Assembly: GCF_006345805.1 (NCBI RefSeq)
Contig: NC_043005.1
Coordinates: forward strand, 74,896,001 to 74,960,000
Reading direction: 5' to 3'
Length of the DNA: 64,000 bases
Source: Octopus sinensis
Lineage: Eukaryota
Every line of letters begins with the position of its first letter. The stretch's first letter is position 1. Below the pieces are notes generated by a model. The model saw nothing but the letters and a program-made list of their open reading frames with translations, did no database searches and had not been told where the DNA came from. Both the position numbers and the translations under genes were made by a program. Positions 38,431 to 50,117 of the stretch are shown in pieces.

Positions 38431-40827
38431 TAGGTCTAAATATGAATCTTGGTTTATAAATATTATATATATTACTATATATAAAATTTAGAAAATGGAG
38501 ATGTAGCATTAATATAATTTATTATCTGAAAAATACAACATATTCTCTTACAGCTGTTTCAATTTAGACTAAAAGATTAAATTACAACAATTAAATCATT
38601 ACCATTTAAATTTAATTTGTTGAAATATTTTCGTCGCTCAAAGACCGCGACCTGTTCACTGACAAAAATCCGTGCTACAGCATGGATTTTTGTCAGTGAA
38701 TAGGTCGCGGTCTTAAAGCGACGAAAATATTTTGACAAATTAAATTTAAATGGTAATGATTTAATTGTTGTAATTTAATCTTTTAGTCTAAATTGAAACA
38801 GCTGTAAGAGAATATGTTGTATTTTTCAGATAATAAATTATATTAATGCTACATCTCCATTTTCTAAATTTTATATATAGTAATATATATAATATTTATA
38901 AACCAAGATTTATGGGTTAATATAGGCGTAACAAATATCAGAAAATCAAAAAAAAAATTGTGTAATAGGTGTAAAACAACTTCCTATGAACGAATATGAA
39001 AAAAATTCGCGCACGCGAAAGGGGGTGGGGAGAGGCCTCGGAAAATTCACATCGGGAAGTTTCGAAAGCGTCTGAGGGGCTGACCCGGGCACCAAAACAA
39101 AAAAAAAATAGTGTAATATGTGTAAACAACTTGCTCTAAACGAATATGAAAAAAAAAAAATGCGCTCTCGGAGAAGAGGGGTGGGGGGAGAGCCTCGGAA
39201 TATTTATATCGGGAATTTCCGAAAGCGTCTGAACCGGGCACAAAAACAAAAACAAACAAGCGTAATAGGTGTAAAACAACTGCTCTAACGACTATCATGA
39301 AAAAATGCGCGCTCGCGAAAGGGGGGGGGGAGAGGCTTCGGAAATTTCACATCTTCAGTCCACGGCCTTTAACTAAGAAAAAATAGTGTAATTGGTGTAA
39401 AACTACTTGTTCTAAACGAGTATCAAGAACACACTCACACATGAATCATAAACTCCGTATTTCGCAAAAAAAAATAAGAAGAAAATTCTGGAAAAAGTGA
39501 GAAATGTTGGATCTCATTCCTTGGTTAAAGCTATTTTAAACATTAAATTTATGCTTTTCTTTGAATAGTTCAGATATATGCAATTCTTCTCACTTATTAA
39601 GATGCATTTATCAGAAAAATTATTATTTTGTGTCAATCCTTCCCTAATTATCCTTTATTAATTAGTTTTGGCGTGTATTTTTTTCCCCAAATTTATTCTT
39701 TCACCTTTACAACACTGTTTAGTAAAGCAATTAATTATCTTTATAATTTGCATATTTGACTTATTAATCAAAATTCTCTAGATGTAATATATACTAAGTA
39801 ATGCATCCTTCATTTATGTGTTCCGTTCTGTATTATGCATGCGTGACTGTTTGTATGTAAGTGTGTTTAACTGTGCACATGAATGTGAATATTAAAGAAC
39901 ATATTTATTTTACTATGATTGTTATTTTCAGAACAAATAAATCTTTTGGCTGTTATGTTATTGATGATTAATTATTGCTAGTTAAAGGGTGGTGACTTGG
40001 CTGAATATTTTGAGTCTTGTAGTATGTAGTTGTGTTAGTCAATATTCTGAGTTCAAATCCAACTCATTTCTTATCATCATTATCGATGGACCACTCAAAG
40101 AGTATGTATACATTATCATTTTCGTAACATAATTTCTGTAGTATTTCAAGATGTTTCTCTGACACGTATTTGGATTCACATGGCGGAGATCCAACATTTC
40201 TTCACTTTTTCCAGAATTCTTCTCTTTATTTTTTTTTTTTTTTGCGAAATACGAGTTTATGATTCATGTGTGAGTGTGTGTTCTTGATACTCGTTTAGAA
40301 CAAGTAGTTTTACACCAATTACACTATTTTTTCTTAGTTTAAAGGCGTGGACTGAAGATGTGAAATTTCCGAAGCCTCTCCCCCACCCCCCTTTCGCGAG
40401 CGCGCATTTTTTTCATGATAGTCGTTTAGAGCAAGTTGTTTTACACCTATTACGCTGTTTTTGTTTTTGTTTTTGTGCCCGGTTCAGACGCTTCGGAAAT
40501 TCCCGATATAAATATTCCGAGGCCTCTCCCCCACCCCTCTTTCTCGAGAGCGCATTTTTTTTTTTCATATTCGTTTAGAGCAAGTTGTTTTACACATATT
40601 ACACTATTTTTTTTTTTGTTTTGGTGCCCGGGTCAGCCCCTCAGACGCTTTCGGAACTTCCCGATGTGAATTTTCCGAGGCCTCTCCCCCACCCCCCTTT
40701 CGCGTGCGTGAATTTTTTTTTTCCTATTCGTTCATAGGAAGTTGTTTTACACCTATTACACACATTTTTTTTTTTGATTTTCTGGTATTTGTTACGCCCT
40801 ATATTAACCGATTTATATTTAGACCTA
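38431..40827. mobile_element. Foldback-type element with about 600-bp modular TIRs around an about 670-bp AT-rich spacer
   Basis: 38915-39515 is the reverse complement of about 40186-40809, and 38431-38448 matches the reverse complement of 40810-40827. The arms are built of about 150-bp subrepeats. Confidence 0.8.
38445..38910. repeat. 466-bp near-perfect palindrome
   Basis: 232-bp arms around a 2-nt centre (38677-38678), with no indels. The outer 166 bp are perfectly complementary; about 6 mismatches lie near the centre. Confidence 0.95.
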
Positions 40828-41499
40828 TCATTTTATGAATATTATTATTCACAAAAAATACGAGGCAATGAACCAGTAATTCATTGTATATTACTATTCC
40901 TTAATGAGGCTATTTTAACCTCTAATTGAACATATATATATATATATGATGGACTTCTTTTGGTTTCTGTCTGCCAAATCCACTTACAAGGCTTTGGTCA
41001 GCCCAATGCTATAGTAGAAGACACTTGCTCATGGTGCCATGCAGTGGGACTGAAATGAGAACCATGTGGGTAGGAAGCAAGCTTCTTACCACACAGCCAT
41101 GCCTGCACTTCTTTATATTTATTTATTTCATCATCATCATCCTCATCATCATCATCTTCTTCACCATCATTTAACATTTGCTTTCCATGCTAGCATGGGT
41201 TGGACGATTTGACTGAGGACTGGCGAACCAGATGGCTGCACCATGCTCCAATCTGATCTGGCAGAGTTTCTACAGCTGGATGCCCTTCCTAATGCCAACC
41301 ACACTTGTTCCTTTAAATTCCTATCTTTGAGTTAAATTTGATGGATCTAGTTTTGGGTTATTGCTTTACAAATTATTTTTATTTGGAATTGAATTTTATC
41401 AACTCAACTGCATTTTTAAATATTTACATCCATATCTAGCTACAGTCTGCAAAGAATATACCAAATAAAATCTTTTAGTCTTATCAAAAAGCTATTCTT

Positions 41500-42015
41500 G
41501 AATTACAGGTACTGGCAGAGTAATGCACCAGCTCCAACTTACAATTCTCAGAAGAGGACAGGTTACCAAAAGAGCCAAGCTCAGTTTGTCTCTCATGCCT
41601 GTCCTTACTTATGGTCGTGAATGTTGGGTGATGACCAAAAGAGTATATTTCTGAATACAAGTGGTTGAAAAGGGATTCTTCTGAAGGGTCTCTGGAGTAA
41701 TGTTACTCTACAGAGTGCATAACTGAGAGATCAAGGAGTCTCTCCTGATTGAGTTGTTGCTTTTCAATGTTGAGAGTCAGAGCTCCAGTACTAACGATTC
41801 TGCATAGGAAAGAATCACAAGACATTCTTCAAGCTGAACCAACTGGCAGGAAACCTAGGGGTAGATCAAGAACAAGATGGCTGGATAATAATATATGTAG
41901 TGTCATTTGGTTTTGCTTGGGAATCCAACTGGAAGGTGTGATGATGACTGCTTCTGATAGGACTCTATGGAGGAGATGTTTCAGGACTCTACTCCCAGTA
42001 TCATCTCAGGAATAG
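41500..42015 (+). mobile_element. RTE-like LINE 3' fragment
   Basis: Degenerate LTYGRECWVMT motif and QAEPTGRKPRGRSRTRWLDN. Confidence 0.65.
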
Positions 42016-42367
42016 TGGGTGGAGAAGATGGATGGGTGGGTGGATGGAGGGATGAATGGATTGGTGGGTGGGTTGATGGGTTGATGGAAGGATCAATGGA
42101 TGGCTGGATGGATGGGATATATAAAATCTGAAAATAGGAAATACAATATTACTATTGTATTTCCTGTTTTCAGGTTTTATATAACTATAATAATAATAAT
42201 AAAAAGAAGGTGTTTGTTTTCTTCATTCATTATATAATTTATTGTAAGGTGGCGAGCTGGCAGAAACGTTAGCATGCTCGGTGAAATGCTTAGTGGTATT
42301 TCATCTGTCTTTACTGCAGGTATTCACAGACTTTACTAGAGAATTTCATTTTTTATTTATTTGGCAG

Positions 42368-42553
42368 GAATGGTCGATAGAGTATTGGATAAAACTGGGA
42401 GCCCCCAAAAATAAGCTCGTTTTGGGAATGACAGCAGCTGGTAATACGTATACCTTAAAGAATGCAACAAAGCATGGTTTAGGAGCACCAGTGGAGAAAG
42501 CAGGAGAGAAAGGACCATATACAAAACAAGAGGGATTTCTGTCTTATTATGAG
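42368..42553 (+). CDS. GH18 chitinase coding exon 5
   Basis: GGCAG acceptor. Encodes EWSIEYWIKLGAPKNKLVLGM...GPYTKQEGFLSYYE. GT donor at 42554. 62 codons. Confidence 0.95.
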
Positions 42554-42689
42554 GTGACAGTAGTTTATACTTATATCTGTTTCATTATAAAGTACCATTA
42601 AACCAGATTTAATTGATTATGTTTCTTTATATTGTTTTTTTTTCTTAAAAATCAAAGTCAGAACTTTTTGATTCTATTCTCCCTTTGAA

Positions 42690-43280
42690 CTGAAGATGTT
42701 AGACTCTCTCCTAGATCTGTTACACTTTGTCCTAAATCTGGCCTGGAATTGTTAGCCTTTGTCTACCTTGAGACTAAATGAGGTAACCATCTTTGTTCTA
42801 TATTTGAACTGGTGTTGTGAGATTCTGTTCAGCATCTGGAACAGAGCTGTTGAGCTTTGCTCTATATCTAGACCAGATCTGTTGGGCTTTGCTCTACATT
42901 TGGAGCATAGTTTTTAGACCCTGATTTGCATCAAGACCAGAGCTGTTAGACTCTACTCTGCATTTGGTGTATAGAGGTTTCAGACTCTGATCAGCATTTG
43001 GATCAGAGCAGTTAAACTCTAGTCTATATCTAGAGCCTACACAGCATCAAGACTAGAGCTTTTAGACTTTGCTTTACATCTGGAATAAAACTTTTAAACT
43101 CTGCTCTGCATTTGAGACAGGAGCTGTTTAACTCTATTTTATAGATTGGAGATGCTATAACCTTTTCTGCATGTGTACTAGAATTGTTAGACCTTCTCTT
43201 AATCTGAACCAGAATTGTTAGAACCTTGTCTACCTCTTTAAAAAAGAAAAGATGTTAAATTCTGCTATATATCTAGTTTG
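42690..43280. repeat. Degenerate minisatellite, about 32-bp unit
   Basis: Recurrent AGAGCTGTTAGACTCTGCTCTACATYTRGANC-like units. Confidence 0.7.
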
Positions 43281-43935
43281 GCTAGCGGGCGAAATGCATA
43301 GCCGTATTTCGTCTGCCGTTACGTTCTGAGTTCAAATTCTGCTGAGGTCGACTTTGCCTTTCATACTTTCTGGGTCGATAAATAAAGTACCAGTTTCACA
43401 CTGGGGTCGATGTAATCGACTTAATCTCTTTGTCTGTCCTTGTTTGTTCCCACTGTGTTTAGCCCCGTGTGGGCAATAAAGAAATATATATCTAGTTTGG
43501 ACATTTTAGAGTCCTCTCTATGTATGAACTCAAGGAATTGCAAGATAACAATTTGTTCTTTATTTACCAGGTTTAAATTACTCATTCAGTGACATTCAAT
43601 TATAACTTGATCATGTATTTTTCATGTTTTCAAACATTGAAACAAAACTCATGATAAGCATAAATCTCTGATTAAGTTGACTGTTTATATTAACACTCAT
43701 ACTTTAACACTCTTTACTCTGTAAAGATTTGGAAGATCAGCTCTCAGAACATGTCTTCTACCACAATCAGTCTTAATAACACCAACATATTGATCTTTAT
43801 ATAAATAATTTATGGTTAACTATGATTTTAATACACTATTTATTGATTTTATTCACCAATTCTATTCTCTTTATAATATCATGTGCTGAAAAAAATGCTT
43901 CAATTTTAAAAGATGCTATTTCATACAGTAATTAA

Positions 43936-44157
43936 CCCTTTTGTTACCATATTTCTGATGAGATGCTCTGTGTTTCTTACAATTAATTTTAAATATAACA
44001 AAGAATTTTGTAAAATAACTTAGTTATCATTCAGCTAGTGTTAGGAACATAAATTGTGACTAAGGTTTATTGGGAGATTTTAATTCAAAACTTATGAAAA
44101 CAAGACATTTGTATTACAGAGCCAGAGGCAGTTTTAGCCGGGTTGGTAACGAAAGGG
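43936..44157. mobile_element. piggyBac-like MITE, 222 bp
   Basis: TTAA|CCCTTTTGTTACCA ... TGGTAACGAAAGGG|TTAA. Confidence 0.8.
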
Positions 44158-44558
44158 TTAATGCTATATTTTTTTTTGCTATGTTTTGACACTAAAGCTT
44201 CTTCAGACATACCAATATTCTTGTATACTGTTTTAACATACTGTCACCATACATTATACAGAGACTGAAAATGTATCTATAAATGTATTTATGTAAGTAT
44301 ATATGTATATATGCATGTATGCATGAATGTATGTATGCATATATATATATATATATATATAGTACGTTTAAATATTTGTTGTGCCAATTGGCTAAACTGG
44401 CAAAATGAACATTCCTAAATACAACAATATATATATATATATATATATACATATATATAGTTTACATGTATGTATACATATATATATATTAAATGTTGTT
44501 GCATTACATTGGCTCATTATACCCTACTTTTAAACTTATTCTTTCTCATCTTCCACAG

Positions 44559-44681
44559 ATATGTAATAAACTAAACAAAGATAATTACACTTATGAATGG
44601 GATGATATCCAAACAGTACCATTTGCTTATAAAGGAGACCAGTGGATTGGCTTTGATGATTACAGGAGCATACAACTGAAG
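44559..44681 (+). CDS. GH18 chitinase coding exon 6
   Basis: CCACAG acceptor. Encodes ICNKLNKDNYTYEWDDIQTVPFAYKGDQWIGFDDYRSIQLK. GT donor at 44682. Confidence 0.95.
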
Positions 44682-44805
44682 GTAAAACAACTACAGTAGA
44701 CAATTACTATAGTAACCTAATTTTTCTCTTATTAATTAATCTTTATCACAGGCCTTTGATATAGGAAACTATGTGGGTACTGAATAACATCTTTCATCAT
44801 ATTAA

Positions 44806-45190
44806 TTACTCTTTTACTTGTTTCAGTCATTTGACTGCGGTCATGCTGGAGCACCACCTTTAGTCGAGCAAATTGACCCCAGGACTTATTCTTTGTAAGC
44901 CTAGTACTTATTCTGTCGGTCTCTTTTGCCGAACTGCTAAGTTACGGGGACGTAAACACACCAGCATCAGTTACCAAGCGATGTTGGGGGGGGGGGACAA
45001 ACACAGACATACAAACACACACACACATATATATATATATACATATATACGACAGGCTTCTTTCAGTTTCCGTCTACCAAATCCACTCACAAGGGTTTTG
45101 GTCAGCCTGAGGCTATAGTAGAAGACACTTGCCCAAGGTGCCACGCAGTGGGACTGAACCCGAAACCATGTGGTTGGTAAGCAAGCTACC
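44806..45190 (-). mobile_element. SINE family A copy
   Basis: Reverse complement of 7526-7931. Confidence 0.8.
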
Positions 45191-45313
45191 CTTTATTATT
45201 ATTAATATTATATGTATATGCAAATTACATACATATATGTGCGTGTGTGTTTGGGCACTCACATAAAAGATCTGTAATATATATTGTAGTACTTTTGTTT
45301 TTTTCTTTTGCAG

Positions 45314-45586
45314 ACCAAATGGCTAATCTCTCAACAGCTAGCAGGAGCAATGTTGTGGTCACTGGACTTAGACGATTTTAGCGACATGTGCGGTAAAGGA
45401 GCATTTCCACTAACCAAGGCCATCCGTTATACTCTTGACCACGATGTAGGACTTGTTACTACCACAGAATCTCCTACAACAAAAAGACCAAAAATTACAA
45501 CTACTGCAGGTGCCACTTATGTTCACATGTCATATTACTTAGCAGCATATATTCTTACAGCTTATATCTTCTATTATAATATGTAA
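45314..45586 (+). CDS. GH18 chitinase terminal coding exon 7 (GAMLWSLDLDD, Thr-rich stalk, hydrophobic tail)
   Basis: TTTGCAG acceptor. Encodes TKWLISQQLAGAMLWSLDLDDFSDMCGKGAFPL...TTTESPTTKRPKITTTAGATYVHMSYYLAAYILTAYIFYYNM*. AATAAA at about 45738. The 3' end is less certain than the domain part. Confidence 0.85.
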   Translation, partial: TKWLISQQLAGAMLWSLDLDDFSDMCGKGAFPLTKAIRYTLDHDVGLVTTTESPTTKRPKITTTAGATYVHMSYYLAAYILTAYIFYYNM

Positions 45587-45771
45587 AGAATGATATCGGT
45601 TATGACATGGGAAGAAAATAGAGGAACAGCATCTCTAACATACTTATTTATAACAACCATGTCTTTACTTCATTGTGGTTTAATATCTGTAACTTTTAAT
45701 TCGGTATTTTTAAAATGTTTTTATATATAAATATATAAATAAAAAAAAATCGTGTTTGACATTTTCTTTTC

Positions 45772-46185
45772 ATCATCATCATCATTGTTGTCATCATTGT
45801 TGTCATCATCCACATCATCAACATCATCCACATTATCATCGTCATCATCATCGTTTTTGTCATTGTCATCGCCATCATCATCATCATTGTTGTCGTCATC
45901 CACATCATCACCATCATTGTCATCATCATCATCATCACCATCATCCTTATCGCCATCCACATCATCATCACTACCATCCACATCGTTGTCATTGTCATCA
46001 TCATCATCCTTATCACCATCCACATCATCATCACTATCATCCACATCGTTGTCATCATCATCATCATCATCACCATCATCACTATCATTCACATCATCAT
46101 CATCGTCATCATCATCATCATCCTTTTCGTCATCCACATCATCATCACCACCATCCACATTGTTGTCATCATCATCATCATCCTT
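45772..46185. repeat. Degenerate (CAT)n trinucleotide microsatellite
   Basis: CAT/CAC/TGT triplet tract of about 410 bp. Confidence 0.9.
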
Positions 46186-48049
46186 GTTTCAATGCTCACT
46201 TTCCTGTGCTTGTATGAGTCAGTTGGAGTTTATTGAGACTGGTTTCTCACAGCCAGATGCCCTTCCTGTCACCAATTCTCACCCATTTTCAACCAAGGTA
46301 ATATTTCCTTGTGGCCAGGGCAAGTTTTTGCAGAAAATTTGGAAATGAATGACAAAAGTTTGGACCAATTAAACTTTCACTTAAATTTTTTCTGTTGAAA
46401 ACAATTATATTTTATCTAAAGATACTTGATTTAGGGTGCAAGGATGGCTGTATGGTTAAGGAGTTTACTTGCAACCATGTCACTCCAAGTTCAATTCCAC
46501 TAATCAGCATCTACAATAATAAACTTGGGTTGATCAAATCCCATAGAGAAATTTTCTGTATGGAAGCCAGTCAGATGTTTGTGTTTGTGTGTGTGTGTGT
46601 GTATGTGTAAGTGCCATAAGCCCTCGAGTCATTTATGTCACCTAACAGACAATTAAAGATGAAGAACATGACCGTAACACTACCCTTCCTTGTCTGACCA
46701 AGCCATAATGAAAAAGTGTGAGGAGAGTCACAACTCATCAGAACGAATCTTAATGCTACTCATAAGGATATCAAGAAAAAGATTTGGAAGATTGAAAATG
46801 GTGACCTTTTTCTCAAAAATAACCAAAGTGATAGAAATGACAGAGAAAGTGGAAGGCTTCTACATTAATGCTACAAATAATAGCATGCTGACATTTGGTA
46901 GAAAGACCCCTTTTGATAGAAGATTCTGAGGGTTGCCCCCTCCAACTTTTTCTATCTGAAAGGGATTTTCAACTCAATATTTACATGTTGTTATTTATAG
47001 CTTTATCATCTACTTCAAGACCTACTATTCCAAAAAAAAGATTTCACGTTCACTTGAAAATTTATAAATTCATAAGATGTCATCCACCTTAATATTCATT
47101 TGTGGTAAATAAAGGATAGAATGTTTCCAGGTGAGACTTGTACCATCAAGAGCTGATGGACAGAAGTTTTCTTTGGTTTCATTTTCTGAAAATCTCTTTT
47201 TTAAGAATTACGGAGATGTACTTGCATAGCAAGTGACCTGATCTGAGATCGTGTGCTGGAATGAAAACAGATGCAGCACAGAGTTTTGTCAGTGAACAGG
47301 TTGCGGTCTCAAAGCGACGAAAATATTTTGACAAATTAAATTTAAACATTGAAGTGAATCTAACGGTTTTGTGTGTTTCTTAAATGGCTTATAAACACCT
47401 TCCATGCTGCAATTGTCTTTTTTAAGAACCATCTGCCATTGAGGCAGAAAGGTTGCCAGAAGAGGCCTCTTCAAATTGTCGATGTGTAGGACTGATAAAT
47501 GGTTCTATTCACTGAGGAGTTGGCATTTGAGGTGGAAACAAAACATTTTTGTGAGAAGTTATATTCAGTAGTTTCTGTAACAAGCTGTGAAATTCAGACA
47601 TGTCTGCATGAGTTTTATTCTCTCTGGCATAAAAGCTAGGAACATACTACTTAGTCAATAACTAGCAAGCTCATCCATCCTTACGTTTGTCTTCAAGTTC
47701 AAATTCTTCAGTGGTTGACTTTGCCTTTCATTCTGTCAGAGTCAATAAAATAAATACCAGTTGCACACTGGGGGCCAATGTAATCGCCTTGCCCCCTCCC
47801 ACAAAATTACTGACCTTGAACCAAAACTTGAAACCAATTACAAGCAATCTCACTTCTTCTGTTGCACTAGGGAACCATTTTTATAGAATGGATTTGCTTC
47901 TTGTAAGATGATACATGAACACAACGAATGATAATTAATCAATGAAATTTATTAATCCTCTCAAACATTTATTCCCTCTTAAACATGGATGTACTGTTAG
48001 TGGGAATAAATATTACCCCTTGGCAATAGTGCCTCTGTCACTAATATAT

Positions 48050-48467
48050 ATTTCCGTTCGTGTCCATTGCCAGCCTCACCTGGCCCCCGTACCGGTGGCA
48101 CGTAAAAGCACCATCCGCTCGTGTCCATTGCCAGCCTCGCCTGGTCCCCGTGCCGGTGGCATGTAAAAGCACCATTCGTTTGTGTCCGTTGCCAGCCTCG
48201 CCTGGCCCCCGTGCTGGTGGCACGTAAAAGCACCATCCGTTCGTGGCCGTTTGCCAGCTCCGTCTGGCACCTGTGCGGGTGGCACGTAAAAAGCACCCAC
48301 TACACTCACGGAGTGGTTGGCGTTAGGAAGGGCATCCAGCCGTAGAAACACTGCCAGATCAGACTGGAGCCTGATGCAGCCTTCTGGCTTCACAGACCCC
48401 AGTTGAACCGTCCAACCCATGCTAGCATGGAAAGCGGACGCTAAATGATGATGATGATGATGATGAT
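48050..48467 (+). mobile_element. SINE family C copy with about 4 internal 60-bp units
   Basis: Repeated TTGCCAGCCTCGCCTGGCCCC-GTGC-GGTGGCACGTAAAAGCACCATCCG, the conserved 3' end and an (ATG)n tail. Confidence 0.85.
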
Positions 48468-49419
48468 AACAAGCTGACTGATTGTGGCACCGATGCTGAT
48501 CTGGTACTGATTTTCTGTAAATTGCTAGTCTGGAAGTAAGTCACTGCTATTTCTAGCAGTTGAGCGTCCATCACCAATGAGATCAAAATCATATGATCTG
48601 GTGATCTCTCTGCTGGAGTTGGTGGGGGTTTATCTCTCTGCTGGTGATATAAACAAACAAGCATGCATTCTGCACCAAAGGCCTGCATCAGAGTTTCTCT
48701 CATGGTATTCACTGCAGCAAAGTTTGTTCTAACAGAACATCCACATTTAAATGGGAATAAACATTATCTCTCAGTATTAATACTGTCTCTGCTGCATGGT
48801 TTAGTAGTTAGAGCATCGAGCTTATGATCGTGAGGTTGTGAGTTCGAATCCCGGACCAGGCTGTGTGTTGTGTTCTTGAGCAAGACATTTTATTTCATGT
48901 TGCTCCAGTTCACTCAGCTGTAGAAATGAATTGTGATGTCACTGGTGCCAAGCTGTATCAGCCTTTGCCTTTCCTTGGACAACATCAGAGGCATGGAGAG
49001 GGGAGGCTGGTATGCATGGGCAACTGCTCACCTTTCATAAACAACCTTGCCTGGACTTGTGCCTCAGAGGGTAACTTTCTAGGTGCAATCCTATGGTCAA
49101 TCATCACCAAAGGGGGACTCAGCAACTGCTAATATTGCTAATCTTTTAGATATAGATAATATATAGATAATCGTTATATAGATGTATAGATGATCTTTTC
49201 TACTCTAGGCACAAAGCCTGAAATTTTGGAGGAGGGGGCCAGTCAATTAGATTGACCCCAGTATGCAACAGGTACTTAATTTATCCACCCCAAAAGGATG
49301 AAAGGCAAAGTCGACCTTGGCGGAATTTGAACTCAGAATGTAATGGTAGACGAAATACTGCTAAGCATTTTGCCCGGCTTGCTAACAATTCTGCCAGCTC
49401 ACTGCCCTATAAGTCAGCA

Positions 49420-49870
49420 CTATTAGTCTTAAAAATGGGACAAGTAGTCAGCAGTGGAGGCATCCAATTTCCAGATGGCCAGACATTAAAATCACTGAAA
49501 GGAGAGAATTATAAGTATCTAGGAGTATTAAATTTTGACAGAGGATGAGCTATAGAAATGAAAGTGAAAATTGAGCAAGTCAAAACTAAATGGCCTGAAT
49601 CTAGTGAAGATTGGAAAAACTCAGTATTGCTACTTGGATATTCAGCAGCTTTTGAAGATTGGAAAATAGCTAAGTACCAGGAACCAGCCATTGAGTTACA
49701 GGGGCTTTGGAAAGTGTTGATAAAATGTACTCCTGATGCATTAGAAACTCTTCCTAAATATTTGAACAGATGGATAGAGGAAATAGGCAAAACCTAGTTT
49801 AGTGCTGCTCCAGAAAACAGTATTATTAGGGACAGCTAGGATACTTAGGAAGGTCCTTGGCATCTCAGAT
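49420..49870 (+). mobile_element. R4/NeSL-like LINE remnant
   Basis: TLKSLKGENYKYLGVL, and a degenerate LQKTVLLGTARILRKVL at about 49805-49860. Confidence 0.6.
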
Positions 49871-50080
49871 TACTTATTGGAGCCCAATGTTAGGAATTTT
49901 TTTCTGACTGTCTAATCTGTTGTGTGTTGTCATCATCATCATCATCATCGTCATTGTCATTGTCACCACCACCACCGCCGCCGTCATCATTTAACACCCG
50001 TTTTGGTGTGTGTGTGTGTGGTGGGGCTGCACCAGGTTCCAATCTGATTTGGCAAGGTTTCTACGGTTGTGTGTATATGA

Positions 50081-50117
<37 letters not shown>

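Noticed and set aside
45510-45515. Possible donor GCAG|GTGCCA leading to a downstream CBM14 exon
   Set aside because: The donor is a weak match, and I found no Cys-patterned CBM14 exon downstream in the window. Read-through gives a coherent hydrophobic tail. Not fully excluded.
45696-46348. His-rich, Asp-rich, Ser-rich and Met-rich ORFs just downstream of the chitinase (tempting as histidine-rich beak or biomineral proteins)
   Set aside because: All four are readings of one degenerate (CAT)n microsatellite. I see no AG acceptor immediately upstream and no signal peptide, and similar shorter tracts occur across the window.
46640-47090. Coding-looking purine-rich stretch downstream of the chitinase
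   Set aside because: Multiple stops in all frames, and no motif I could assign to a gene or transposase.
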